Assembly: GCA_038087875.1 (NCBI GenBank)
Contig: CM075986.1
Span: 11,222,001 to 11,286,000 of the forward strand
Origin: Malacoraja senta
Lineage: Eukaryota
DNA length: 64,000 nt
Reading direction: 5' to 3'
The notes beneath the pieces were generated by a model. It worked only from the letters and a program-made list of their open reading frames with translations, was not told the origin of the DNA and did no database searches. A program made the translations under genes and the position numbers. Positions 48,121-61,620 of the stretch are shown here, in pieces. Numbering within the stretch: the first letter of the stretch is position 1; every line of letters begins with the position of its first letter.

Positions 48121-48659
48121 TGTGGTCAAACATACGCAGCAGTCCATTTGTGAAACGTCAAATCACATTGTCAACAGAACAAAAAACCTTGATCTAATTT
48201 TTAAACAAGCAGGAAATAGATATAAGAGAACTGGCAGACTGCAGGTTCAATAAATACGTCATATCTAGAAATAGATAAAAAACAATAACAATGCTTTACT
48301 TTGCACTCCTGTGGTTAAAAGGCTCCATTCTCAGTGGCAGCTGATGCTCCACGAGCTACTGTACTGCACATTGAGATTTGCTATTTCACACCTAGACTGT
48401 AAAAGTGAAAACGACCTGTGAGGGAAAACCGAACACTTACTCAATGGTCGGATGAAAAAAATGCTTCTGGCATAATTGAGTGCAAGTTACTGCTGTCCTA
48501 TTCCAGGCAATTTTGGGCACATACTTCGAAACAATATACAGAAGGTTACCCTGAACATTAAGCAAATTTTACTGCTTTAAAATTGCACTAATTTTTCCAA
48601 ACTTCATGAATAAGAAAAATATATTCAATGAAAGTTACTTATTATATTTAGTTATGATT

Positions 48660-48935
48660 AGTTTAGTTTAGTTTATTGTCACGTGTACCGAGGTACAGTG
48701 AAAAGCTTTTTTGTTGCTTGCTATCCAGTCAGCAGGAGGCCTATATATGATTACAGTCAAGCCGCCCGCAGTGTACAGATACAGGATAAAGTGAATAATC
48801 AGATAATAAGTGAATAAGTGATGTGAATAATAAGATAAAGTCCAGTAAAGTCCGATTAAAGATGGTCCGAGGGTCCCCAATGAGGTAGATGGTAGGTCAG
48901 GGCCACTCTCTAGTTGGTGATAAGATGGTTCAGTA
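48660..48935 (-). mobile_element. Rex-type LINE 3' end
   Basis: Homologous to 28775-29092 and 40318-40572. Confidence 0.7.
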
Positions 48936-51860
48936 AAGCAACTGCAGAATCAAACAAATGAAATAATACTTCACAACCTGCAAGGTGCCGCACCTCACCC
49001 TCGCCTGGAGGCCTGGCTTGCTCGTCGCAGAGCCACGAAGCCTGTTTTTGAGAAGGAAGCTGCTGAGCCCAGCCTCTGCTCATCTTGAGGACCAGAGAAC
49101 CGGAGAGAAGGGTGGAGAGAAACAAGATGGTGGTGGCGGGTAAAGGGACGATGGAGGAACTGGGTTCTTGCCTCCCGCACACTCAAGGTTGACTGCGAGA
49201 GGCATCCTGGGGCACAAAGGCAGAACGGTGGGTGGCCGGATAGAGGGACGATGGTTCGCTGGCCGATCCGTACCAAGGCAATGGCTGGAGGCCCTGCACC
49301 AGCCTGGGGCTCAACTGGATCGGGCATCGCTCCAAGAGACCAAGTGCGCAGTCCAGACGCAGCCTGCAGCGGCACCAACGTGGAGGACACCTACAACTTT
49401 GCTTGTCCTGGCCAACCCTGCAACGCCGCCAGGACAATGTCCTTTATGGCCAGCTGCACTTAAAGCAATTTGGACGCCAAACCTTGTATATTGTCTTAGT
49501 GGACTATTTCTAAACGTGTTGTACTTAATCTAGGATTGTGCTTATGTATAGTAAAACTTTGCTGAACTGTATGCAAAAAAAATAATTTGACTGTACCTCG
49601 GTACATATGACAATAAAGAAACATTAAACCATTGATGAAGCGCTCACCTTCGAGAAACAGACAACGCGAAGAACAGATAAAGCCCAAAGTGCTGGAATAA
49701 CTGAGCAGGTCAAGCAGCATCTTTGTAAAACATGGATTGGTGACGTTTTGGGTCGGGACCCTTCTTGAACCTGATGAAAGATCATCCACTAAATCCCACC
49801 CCATGGCTGCTGCCTGAACTGCTAAGTAGGTCCAGCATTGCACATTTTAATAATATAAAAAGGAATGTTGGTACTACAACCTAGCTCAAAGTTCAAATCT
49901 TCCAATTTCCATTCCTTGTTAACAAAATGCAAGGTGACAAATGAAACAAATATCTTGTTTTGAATCCAATTAATACTTCTTCTGTCCTGATGTGCGGGCA
50001 GGAACGGCCCTTGATGAAAAGCTACATTAAAAACCCAGCCATTTCAAGAAAGGCAAGCCACACTGCTAACTTGCCATTCCATGTGACATTATCACATGAC
50101 AAACGTATCACATGCTGTGTGCAGCACAAAAAACATGCCATTTAACAAGAGCGTTATGTGAAAACTGCAGTGAGAAACAAGACAAAAACAAAAGCATAAC
50201 TATTGCTAAATCACAGACTTCATGGGAAACAAGGCATAAACAATACGATAAACAAAACTGTTGCTAAACTGAAAATCTTCCGAAGCTCTTGAGGCTTAAA
50301 CCATGAACCGAACTTGGCTAAACGTTCAAAACAATTAACTAATTTGAGTGCATTTTGTAAAAGGTTATGAGCTCTGCTCCACTGACTTTGACATTTCCAT
50401 CCTCTGTTGGCCATTTATTGCAGATTTTTATTTTACAGATGCTTCATTTGAGAATATTGTTTAAAAAAACCCTGAAATTATAGACATGCCAAAACTGTTT
50501 TAGTTCCTCCAGGATTCATTGCGTTTTAAAATACATTTTATCCAATGAAAGGTTATACTTACGCAGTCTTATGATTCAATACTCTTCACAGAGTGCTTTG
50601 TTACCTGATAAAGGAAAATTTGCCAATTAAATCCATTAATACAGCAGATTATTCACTCGCTGAAAGGCATTATGTTGGAGTAGATACTAATTAAAAACCC
50701 ACTAAATTATTATTATCCAGTTCCACAAATCTTTGTTTCTCTATCTTCAACATTCATTTGAGGGAATAATTAAGGATATATCTTCCTTGGTTACCACTGC
50801 AACTTGTACAGAGAGAAAAATATATCTGCCAGGACGATTTAGATTTTAATCCTGCAACCAGGAAGTTTACTATAGGAATCAGAATTTATCGATTTTGCCT
50901 TTCCATTCATATCAGCATCACCATCAACAACTGTCAAACAAGTACATGAAGAGGCTTCTCTCATAGATCCTCGCTCTGGGGAAAGCAAGCATCAGAAAAC
51001 TGAGCGTTGAAAAATATATCTATAAAGAACATTAATAGAAAAGATGGCAATAGAATGATATTGTGGCCTGAGGATTCAGTGTGCCAGGGTGCCAATCTCT
51101 TTTGGAACACTGCTCAAGTTATGATTCTTTGCAAGAGCCTAGACAATTAATAATTCTACCTTCTACAGCTCTGAGAGTTATCACAATCAAATTCAATCTC
51201 CAACCTTAACCTCCATCAAGAATCACCAGAAGCCTCCCCTTTGCCACAAAGCATACCCCAAGGCAAATCCAGCTGGGATCAGCTAACTCCATAGAGGCGG
51301 CAGATACTAGCCAGGGCCTTTCTGTCATTGATAGCACAGTTCAACCATGGGAAACTTACTTATATTTGCAACTCAGATAGAGGTATGTGAGAACATTAGA
51401 GCAAAGGGGAGCTTTATCTCACAAATACAGCGGGATCTAATTTCTGGCACAGATCGATTTCCCTTCAGTATCAACTTCGGGAACTACAACCGTGCCAAAA
51501 AAAATAAATACTCTTGGTTACCATTGCAATGAAGGAAACTACTTTGCCCAATTTTGCAGGGAAATTATGTTAGACAGGATCAAAACAAAGGGTGTAACCA
51601 GTGTTTCAGGAACTCAACCGATTATAGTTAACCTACGAGGGGTTCTATTTGGCTGCAATTTACAGTCTGCAGCCACCGACCGAATCCAAAAATAATAAAA
51701 CTTTATTACTGGTAAATAGCTGGAGATTAGTTTTAACTATTTCAGGACCGTAGCACATTCACTAAAATCATAAACATTGAAAATAATATTTCATAAAGGA
51801 TTGTTTTGGACAAAATAATAAGAATGCATATTATATCTGTGCACAGTGGTGCAGCGGTAA

Positions 51861-52142
51861 GGGCGGCACGGTGGCGCAACAGGAGAGTTGCTGCCTTGCA
51901 GCGCGAGAGACTCGGGTTCGATCCTGACTACTCCTGCTGTCTGTACGTAGCTTGTATGCTCTCCCTGTGACCACGTGGGTTAGCACCGAGTGCTCCGGTT
52001 TCCTCCCACACTCTAAAGACGGACAGGTTTGTCGGTTAATTGGCTTCGGCAAGTTGTAAAATTGTCCCAGGCATGGGAAGGTTAGTATACGGGATGATCG
52101 CTGGTGGGCCGAAGAGCCTGTTTCCGCACTGTATTTCTGAAG
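51861..52142 (+). mobile_element. HE1-like SINE
   Basis: gggcggcacggtggcgca head, core, tail. Confidence 0.85.
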
Positions 52143-52337
52143 TTCAGGCCTTAAAGTCCGGCCATAATCCCTCTCCTGATTGGTTTTCATACAGTCCAGT
52201 TTGTGTGTGCATGTGCAAGAATGACTAACAAATTAGTGGTGTAATAAGGCCACTTACTAAGACCTCAAAATGCTGCCCCTGTCTGTTCCAGTTCAGTTGC
52301 AACCACAGCAGTTTGCAAACACCTACTGCTACATCTC

Positions 52338-52590
52338 TGAGCAAACTCGCATAAACCCACTGCATCGGTGAGACCGGGCATAGGAGAGGCAACCGCTTCA
52401 CTGAACAGTTGCGCTGTGTTTTCAAGGGCCAGCTGAAGCTCCATGTCGATAGCCATTTTAATTCCCTTCCAATACCGACCCGAATGTCCTCGACCTCCAC
52501 CACCAACACGGTGAAATCACAAACAAAAGAACAGCACCTCATGTTCCACTTTGGTATCCTACAACCCAACTGAATCATCTAATTTCACTA
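52338..52590 (+). pseudogene. Penelope GIY-YIG endonuclease remnant
   Basis: CIGETGHRRGNRFTEQLRCV...SHFNSLP...EQHLMFHFGILQPN (YIGET..RF.EH motif). Confidence 0.75.
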
Positions 52591-52749
52591 ATAACAGGAA
52601 ATAAACCAAATATGGTTCTGAGTACATGGGTACAACAGGTAGTGCATAGAAAAAAGAATCAGAGTGCAGTACATAATGTTACAGCCATGGAAAGTCCAGG
52701 TAATAAAAGTGCAAGGTCCGCGCTGTATCTTTAAAGTCTAAAGTAAAGT

Positions 52750-53660
52750 ATAAACAGTAGGAGCACAGCCTCATGGTCAGATTTTCCAAAATGTGGACTG
52801 GGATAGAAGGGTAGGCAGCTTTGCTGGTTGTGTCGCAGTAGCCTCCGGCATTTTATCCTCCAATGCGACAAAAGACATGTCGATAGTATTTTCTAAAGGG
52901 CCTGTCCCACTTGGGCGTCATTTGCGCGTCATTTACACGACAGGCCGGTAGTGACGGACGCGCGACTGTCATGCAAAAATCGTCTAGCAGTACGACAGTC
53001 GCGCGCCAAGTGCTCTTGAGGGCCCTGCTTCTTTTGGGAGCCATTTGCGATGTCGTTCGTACTTAGTCCGATCTCCGTGGCAAGGATTTTCCCACTGAAA
53101 TTTTTTCAAAACTACGTGTGCTTTATACCCATGTGGTCACGTGGTGCAGAGCTCAAATGACGCGCAAATGGCGCGCTGACGGCGTACGGGCGGCACATGG
53201 TTACTGACGTTGACGCACAGTGATGGGCAATGTTCGTGCGTCACCGTGCGTCACCACGCGCTATACGTACACCGTCAGTACGTCAGCGTGCGCTAGGGAT
53301 ACGTCACGGAGGTGGCGTGCAAGGATTTTGAGCATCCCAAAATCCTGGGGCGCCGCGCGTTACCCCGCGTCACTGCATATGCCACCATGCCTCACCACGC
53401 GCCAACCAAATTTTAGGATGTTGCGTAAATGACGTGCAAATGACCAAGAAGCAGACCCTCCACCTCTTGCCTTGCACGAGGACGCCGCAAAGTCCATCCG
53501 GTGAATTGAGAAGGCCTCCTGTTGTATGGCACAGTCAGGTGAAGCAGGTGTGAGCCATGTCTCTGTAAAACAGAGTACACGCAGTTTCTCAATTCCCTAA
53601 GCTAGGTCTGTCTTGCTTTAAGTTCACCCAGCTTGTTTACAATAGCTTGGATTTTCAATA
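52750..53660 (-). mobile_element. Rex-type LINE APE endonuclease remnant, split by a MITE
   Basis: VLCFTETWLTPASPD..FSIHRMD..GGG (~53455-53582) and PHFGKSDHEAVLL (~52758-52796). Confidence 0.7.
52897..53448. mobile_element. Harbinger MITE, right TIR tip deleted
   Basis: TAA plus agggcctgtcccacttgggcgtcatttgcgcgtcattta; inverted subterminal copy taaatgacgtgcaaatgac at ~53426-53444. Confidence 0.8.
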
Positions 53661-55404
53661 TGTTGGGATATTCAAACTAAGATAAGATCAGAAGAATGGC
53701 CAAGATGTAAAAGCAGAAAGACAATAATGAAAAAAGGAGGAAACGATTTAATGAATTCTTATTTTTATTGGATTTGTTGATCGCTACTACTTTTAATTAT
53801 TAGCTATCTCCAGATGTTTAATTGCTGTGATGTGAAAGGTCAGTATATTTTTAAATATGCTAACACCAGCCAACTGATACAAAACCTATTATTTCTCATA
53901 TTAATTAGTCTGCTAGTTAAGATTCTTTAAAAAAGAATAACACAGATTAATATCATCAGTAAATCTTAGCATTGTTGCTCACTTATACTACATCGCCAGT
54001 TGGATCAATGCAAGCACTTCATCTCAAAAAGGTTTGCGGTTTTCTACATCTTTAGGGCTCCAGAGCCTTCAGTTCAGTTCAGTGCAGCAGTCTCAGCAAT
54101 GGAAACTGTTGGATGCAGTATTAAACCCAGGACCTATTTTAAATATTACGCCACTCTTCAAAGAAGAGTCGGCGTTTACTTCTTAAACTAACATTACTAA
54201 AGCAGAGTGACTGGACAGATCACGAAGGGTCTCGACCCAAAACGTTACCCATTCCTTCTCTCCAGGGATGCTACCTGTACCGCTGAGTTACTCCAGCATT
54301 TTGTGTTCAGATCACATTTAATGTAAGTTTATTGATGCCCCTACCATCATTCACAACATTGACTTCATTTCAGAATATATTCCTTCAAAGCTTTAAAGAT
54401 ATCCTGAAACATGCTATATTGCTACCCAGTCAGTTCTTTAAATATTAGTAAAAATTGAATATCACACTCCACATAGTTTGATTTAAGTATAACAAAATAT
54501 TGCAGCTCAGACTGAAATAGATATTAATGCAGAGAAACTTTGCCAAATATCCACAATGATTTTTGGAGTTGTGGCTAGATTGAGGTGAAACTACTGGTTT
54601 GTAAATGTTAAACAGAGAGAAAAAAAAATCACTGAGCCTTGAGTGGATTAGAACAACACAAAATGACTTCCCCCAATTGCTGAAACAGGGATTCTGATCA
54701 CCGAGGAACTGCTTTTGTAAACGAAAGGGCTCTTGGACTGGTTGTGCCGTAAACAGAATATGCTTGAATGTAATCATGGGCAAGGCATTGACCCCTCAAT
54801 GACAAAAATCACTGAGGAAGTGAAGACCAATGTTGCACAACCAAAATAAAGTGTGTTAACCCTCAAGCATATAACCTACTTGATTTGAAAAGGAGGAAGA
54901 GATATTATTTTTTATCAAAAACAGAAGTCGTCCTATTTTCAAAACTGATGAATTTTCCAACTTGAAGAGACTGTATTCTGACCCAAAATCTACAGATATC
55001 TGTCTTAGTTGTTAACTTGCTAGAGATATAAACGCAGCTGTACTAAGTTTAACAAAACTATTAATGCACTTATTATGGACACAATTATAATTTTGACAAT
55101 AGCCAAGTAGATGTTCTCCCACTGTGTTTCACTCTGTAATTAATTCACTCAGATCAATCAATGAGCAATAGTGAACTATCTATTTTCTTGGATGTTATCT
55201 TAATACACAACATAAAACTTGGAGGCATAAAGACCCGTGAATAGATATAAACAGGATGGTGCAAAGGGTAGATAGGTAGCAGGTGAAATTGAAAGCCAAG
55301 AAATGTGAAATGTTAATTTCTGGAAGTATGAAAATGGTACAATTTAAAAACAACACAGATGTGAGGGTATGTCTGAAAAGTTTGTTGGAAGTGGGAAGTG
55401 CTGA

Positions 55405-55685
55405 CAGCAGTACAGCTGCTGCCTTATAGCACCAGAGACCCAGGTTCGATCCTGACTATGGGTGCTGTCTGCACAGAGTTTGTATCTTCTCCCTATAACC
55501 CCATGGGTTTCATCCAGCAGCTCCGGTTTCCTCACACATTCCAAAGACGTGCAGGTTTGTAGGTTATGTGGCTTCTATAAAGTGTCTCTAGCGTGTAGGA
55601 TAGAACTAGTGTACGGGTGATCGCTGGTCGGCTCGCACTCGATGGGCCAAAGGGCCTGTTTCCAAGCTGTATCTCCAAACTAAAC
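55405..55685 (+). mobile_element. HE1-like SINE
   Basis: Similarity to other copies. Confidence 0.8.
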
Positions 55686-55689
55686 AATG

Positions 55690-56340
55690 TTAACAACATT
55701 GTCATCCACATCCTTAGTGGAGATAACAGTGGGCTCAGCATCGACCCCTGCAGTACTCCACTCTACGCTAGGCTCCAATCAGAACAACAATTCTCCACAA
55801 CTACTCTTTGACTCCTTTCTCCCAGCCAACTTTGAATCCAACAGGCTAGCTCAGCTTAGATTACATGCCCTCTAACCTTCCCACTAGGCTACGATGCTGG
55901 ACTTTGTCAAAGGCGTTACTGACGTTCATGCAGACAATGTTCAATGCCTTGCCCTCATTAATCCTCTTGGTGACCTCTTCAACAACTCTATCAGATTTGT
56001 GAGACAAGATTTCACACACACACAAAGGCACGCTGACCATCCCTAATCAGTCGTGCCTATCCAAATACTGGTAGATCCTGCCCCAAAGAATTATTTCCAA
56101 ACAACTTTCCCACCACTAACGTTACGCTCAACAACCTGTAGGTCCCTGGATTGTCATGGCTGCCCTTCTTAAATAACAGTATACCATTGGTCACCCTGTA
56201 GTCTTCCAAAACTTAACCAAATGATAGCTAATGATGATGAAAATATCTCTAAAATGGACTCTCCAATTTCCTCCCAAGCTTCGCATAAGATCCAAAAAAT
56301 GCGCGGTCAGCTGCGGGGGATTTATCCACCTTAATGCATT
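55690..56340 (-). mobile_element. Old CR1 RT remnant
   Basis: NEGKALNIVCMNVSNAFDKV and VLQGSMLSPLL motifs. Confidence 0.7.
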
Positions 56341-57059
56341 TTAAAACGGCTGATACAGTGCAAGATGTAGAATTTTGGTAATTTAAATCACGAAATTATA
56401 CAACAAATTGCATGGCCGTCATGAGTTGTAAAACAGAGAGACCTCAGAGTATAGGTACATAATTCCTTGTTACTCAGGCCATTGAATATTGGAGACTCGT
56501 GTAACAACTGTGTAAGTTGTTGGTGAGGCTATACTTGGAGTATTGCATGCAGTATAGGTTGCCCAGCTATACAACGGATGTCATTAAACTGGAAAAAGAT
56601 GCAGTAAAGAGTCTTAGGGATGTTATGACTTATGAGATGATGATATGACTTATTATCCAATAAGATCAAGATCATTCTATTTTACCCACAATTCATGTTA
56701 CATGCTCGGGATCTTCACTTGACAAAACGGATCCTTAAAATCGGCTTTGTAAGTCTCCCTTCGTTAGGGTGCCTTGCTGCCTTCTCTTTATTTGTGGAAC
56801 AATGCACCATATAGCTGCCCTAAATGTGTCTGCAGAATAAAAACCAAGGTAATAGTGACCCCCATGGGTACCGTTAATACATTGCAGTCAAATGCCCATC
56901 ACAATAGTGGAATATCTTGGTGAGAACTTGTCGTGACATTCCATTTAAGCATCTCTCTTAAGAGGCATAGACAGCACATAAATAGGCCCTTTGGTCCACC
57001 ATGTCAATGTTGACCATGGAGTACCTAACTATACTCATCCTATTTTCCAGAAACCGTTT

Positions 57060-57720
57060 AAGAGGCTTACGGGCCAAATGCAGGCAAATAGGACCAAATC
57101 ACGTAGGCAACTTGATTGGCATGGATGAGTTGGGCCATAGAGCCGCATGTCCTTGCTGTGTAACTCTATGATTCTTGGACATTAGGCTCATAACCTTCCA
57201 TGCCTTGGCATTTAGATACTTCTTAAATGTTGAAGGGTCTCTGCCTTAACCACCTCCTTGGGTGGTGCAATTAGATTTTAGAAGAAAAAAAAATCTTCCT
57301 CAGCTCCATTCCTAACCTCCTGTACCTCACCTTAAGAAGTATTCCCCCTCTGGTATTATACAGTTTTGCTATTGGGAAAAGTTTCTTCTTATCTCCCCCA
57401 ATTGCCTCCCCTTATTATTTTGCACACTTTGATCAGGTCTCCTTCAGCCTCCTCTCCTGTAAGGTAAACAAACCCAGCCTTTCCAATCCCTTCTCATAAC
57501 AAATATTCCATCCCAGGCAACACCCTGGGGGTTTCCAACATCCTGGTGGACTTCCTCTGCACCTTCTCCAGCACAACTATTTTCTTCCTACTATAAATGT
57601 GACATACAGAACTACACACAGTACTCCGGTTGTGCCTTACCCAAGGATAAACAAAGTTGTACCATGGTCTTTCCATTCTTATGATGTGTGCCCCAGATAA
57701 GAAAGGCTCTTATGCCTCCA
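57060..57720. mobile_element. Tail-to-tail old CR1 3' fragments (+ 57060-57175, - 57180-57720)
   Basis: CR1 tail on +; degenerate LEKVQRKSTRML on -. Confidence 0.6.
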
Positions 57721-59136
57721 TGCTCATTCAGCTCCAATCGACTCCATCACAAGCAATTGCATGGCACCTCCCACATTTGGAAAATAACAGTATCTATGGA
57801 TCACATTGTCAAGTTTCATGTTAGCCTGCCTGCACTTACATAAAATACTCACCTTTTACTTTAAGCTCAAACGTTGGAATGTGCGTTTCTGCTTTTTGCC
57901 AACTATTAACATCCACAATTATTTATTAAAAAGAGAAAATTGAGTGTTGTGGAAAACAGGCTGCATAACATACTAGAATTAATGTTAAATAGATGTTGAT
58001 AGTCACTGTGAAATCAGTGGGCTGAAGGGAGACACAAAATGCTGGAGTAACTCAGCGGGTCAGGCAGCATCTCTGGAGGAAAGGAACAGGTGACGTTTCG
58101 GGACAAGACCATTCTTCAGACTGAAGGGTCTGCTTCCGTGCTGTGAGATTTTAAGCTATTTCAACCAACTGGAGGCATGTGTTGAAAATGGCAGAAACTA
58201 TTCAGTAGAAATAGCTCTGTATCAATTGTTGTTGTTCATCGGTCATTCCACTGTAGTTTGTGCACACTGTGTGTGGTATTTCACCAACATAGGAATGACG
58301 ATTCCACATATTCTTCTCATAATAATGGGGAAGTTAAAGCTTTTGCCAAGGATAATTAACAGAACAATTATATTACATATCTTAAATAATAAATAGAGGC
58401 CACAAATTCAACATTCACCATTAAATAGTATTCAAATCATGACAACTGATTAATAATAAATATATTGAGAATAATACTGAAGTAGTGAGTTGAAAGTCAG
58501 TGGGTTTGACGCAAGTAGTTACAGAGAAAAATCTGGGTTTTTTTTCTGAACACCACTGTACATGAATACTATTTCACAAGATATTGCTGGATAACATCTC
58601 GTTTAACTTGCCATCTTTAGTTGTGTTACTGTCAAATATGGTGAGTCAATGGGAACCATCTGAGCCACTTCCCTTCCAGCTGCCTCAGCACAGGAAGAGA
58701 AGCTGAATGTATTGTCAGCAAAACCTATTTGTTTTTCAACACCCAATTTTCTCTTTAGAATGGATTCCAGAGTGCTAATGGCTCTCACCATACGACTTAG
58801 TTGCTTGCAGCATGCCGAGTGCCAAATCCTGCCCTTCCCCAGCATCCACTCCAAACAGATTCTATTATATCAGTAGGGATTGTAAACTTGGCTATTTCCC
58901 ACTTGTCCATAAATAAAAATAATAATTGTCCCAGGTTAAACATATTCATTGAAATGTCAGGGATCTGGTCATCACTGATAAGGCGACCATTTATTGTCCA
59001 TCCAAAATTGTCCTTGAGGATAAGATGTCAAGCCACCATCTTGAACCGCTGCAATCCTTCAGATGACGGCTACACTATAATTGGTTGTTTTTTTGTGTGT
59101 ATGTATGTGCGCATGTATATATACAGTATATATTAG

Positions 59137-59935
59137 TGTGGCGGCACCTAACAAACGGCAGCGGCTCGACTGCAGTCCGTCTGTCTTTTTTTTAATTTTT
59201 GTCCCCTTAGATGTATGTTTTTGGTTTTAATTTTTATTATTTTTAGCTGTGTATATGTGGGGGGGTGGGGTGGGGGAAACCATTTAATCTCTTCTCTGTA
59301 CGGGGACCCGACTTTTTCCCTGTCGGGTCTCCGGTGTCGTTGGGCCTAACATCGCGGAGCCGGCGGCGGCCTCCAACCGGAACCAACCTGAGGGCTCCAG
59401 TCGCGGAGCCTGCGGACTCACCATCGCTGAGCTGGCTGACTTCGGAGCGGGGAGAGCTGTGGTGGCGCACGGCTGCAACCCGACTTCGGAGCTTCGAAGG
59501 CTCCGGCCGCAGGCCCGGTGGACAGGAACATGGGGAGCTCGCAGGTTCCTGGTGGGAGACTGCTTTTCGGAGCTCCCGCAATGGCAACTTCTCCCGCCGG
59601 AATCGCGGGGTTTAAATGACTCGGAGCGGGGCCTAACATCGCCCGGCCCGGCTTAAACTGCCTCGACACTTACCATCGCCCGCCGTGGGCTTTAACATTG
59701 TGAGCCCTTGTCGCCTCGACGCTGCAGTTGGACTGCTGGACCACGGAAGAAGAACAAAGGGAAGAGAGAAGACTTTTGCCTTCCATCACAGTGAGGAGGT
59801 GTTGGAGATTCACTGTGATGGATGTTTGGGTAAGTTGTGTTAAGTGTGTGTCTTGGTTTTTATGTAATGTCTTACTGCAGGAATAAAATTTCGTTCAAAC
59901 CTTGTCTGTTTGAATGGCAATAAAAGGCATTCTAT
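59137..59935 (+). mobile_element. GC-rich ~800-bp non-coding retroelement-like insertion
   Basis: Sharp GC/CpG-rich block with hairpins, internal gggcctaacatcgc repeats and aataaa at the 3' end, embedded in an (AT)-rich Rex-type 3' UTR. Confidence 0.6.
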
Positions 59936-60105
59936 TATATATATATATATACATATGATTTTTATATGATATATGTATGATCAATATATATATATATATA
60001 TGCGTGTGTGTGTGTGTGTGTGTATTTGTGAGAACTTTTTTTATACACAACTTTTTCTCTCTCTTGTTTATTATATTGTTTACAGTGCACTATGTTTACA
60101 GATTC

Positions 60106-60194
60106 GCTCCATAGATGCTGCTGCACCCGCTGAGTTTCTCCAGCATTTTTGTGTACCTTCGATTTTCCAGCATCTGCAGTTCCTTCTTTAACAC
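60106..60194 (+). mobile_element. PLE 3' tip insertion (89 bp), 14-bp TSD
   Basis: TSD atgtttacagattc at 60092-105 and 60195-208. Confidence 0.9.
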
Positions 60195-60278
60195 ATGTTT
60201 ACAGATTCTGTTGTGCTGCTGTAAGTAAGAATTTCACTGTTCTATCTGGGACACATGACAATAAAATACTCTTGACTC

Positions 60279-61620
60279 TTGGTACTCTCAGGCAAAGTAT
60301 TTGAAGATTACAATGACGTGCAACCTGGAGGGAACCCCCCCCCCCCCCCCCACCCGAGTTCCCAATCAGTTGTTGCCTTGCCTTTCCTGGCGATAGAGGT
60401 CACCTGTTCAAGATGTGCAGTTGAAGTAGCTCATGTGAGTAACAGCAGTAAACTTTGTAGATGGTATTCGCTATAGTCAGTGAGCACCAGTGGCAGAAGG
60501 CATGAACATTTAAGGTGTTTGATGGGGTGCCAATCATACTTTATCCTGAATCCTGTAAGTTAGTTAAGTAGCATTCATTGGGGCAAATGGAGAGCACTGC
60601 ACCATACTTCCGACATGTTCCTTGTATCTGGTGGGAAGAAGGGTAGACAATCATAAGCGGCCAGTTTTAGTCACAAGCCATTTATGTAATACAATTATCC
60701 AATTGAGTTTCTGGTCAAAGGTAGCCCACGAATTATTATGGTGGAGGATTCAGTGATGGCAATATCATTGAATGTTACGAGGCAGCAATTAGACTGTCTC
60801 TAGATAGAAATGGTCATTGTCATCCACTATTGAGGCATGAATGCTACCTGCCACTTTTCAGTCCATACCTTATTATTATCAGGCTCTGGATGCATGGATT
60901 GCCACAGAAAGAACATTGCAATGATCAGCAGACATACCCACTTTTGATCTAATGATAGAAGGAAGATCATTGAGGAAGCAGCTGCAGATTGTTGGGCCAA
61001 GCACTGCCTGGAGGAACTATCGCAGCTGGGATGATTGACCTCAAATAACCATCAATCATCTTGAACTGTGCAAGGTACAACTTTAACAACTGGAGTATTT
61101 TTGTTCTGATGCCCAATTGACCGGTTTTACCAAGGCTCCTTGATGTCAAAAGCAGACATTCTCCCGTGGAATTCAACTCTTTGGTGACATTTGCTTCAAG
61201 GCTGTGCTGAGGTCTGCAGAGTGATCTGGTAAAGCCCAGACTGGACAGGATATTGGCAAGCAATGCCACTGGATAGCACTGAATATGACAGTTTCCATCA
61301 GTTCTATGTTGAGTACAAAGCAACTGATGGGCAGTAGATAGTTGGATTAGATTTCTTCTGCTTTTTGTAAATTTGACGTACCCTGGACAATTCTTCCACG
61401 TTAATAGTTAATTGCCAGCTGATCTTAAACTATACTGGAAAAATTGCTTGGGGAAAAAGATGGTTCGAGAGTGCACGTCTTCAGTACTACAGCAGAGATG
61501 TAGTCTAGTCCCATAGTCTATTCTGTATTCAGTGCTCTCAGCCATTACTTGAAATCACGTGGAGTAAATTGAACTGATGGAGACTGGCTTCTGTGTGGAG
61601 ACTGGGTGATTTTATGAGAG
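60279..61620 (-). mobile_element. Old LINE RT remnant (3' end continues at ~58955-59080)
   Basis: Degenerate LLLTSR / VPPGSAWPNNLQLL / GMSADHC, corresponding to the ALDI, VPQGSVLGP and MFADD motifs. Confidence 0.6.

Noticed and set aside
59137-59190. HDV-like ribozyme at the 5' end of the GC-rich element
   Set aside because: Only a simple hairpin; could not build the nested double pseudoknot.
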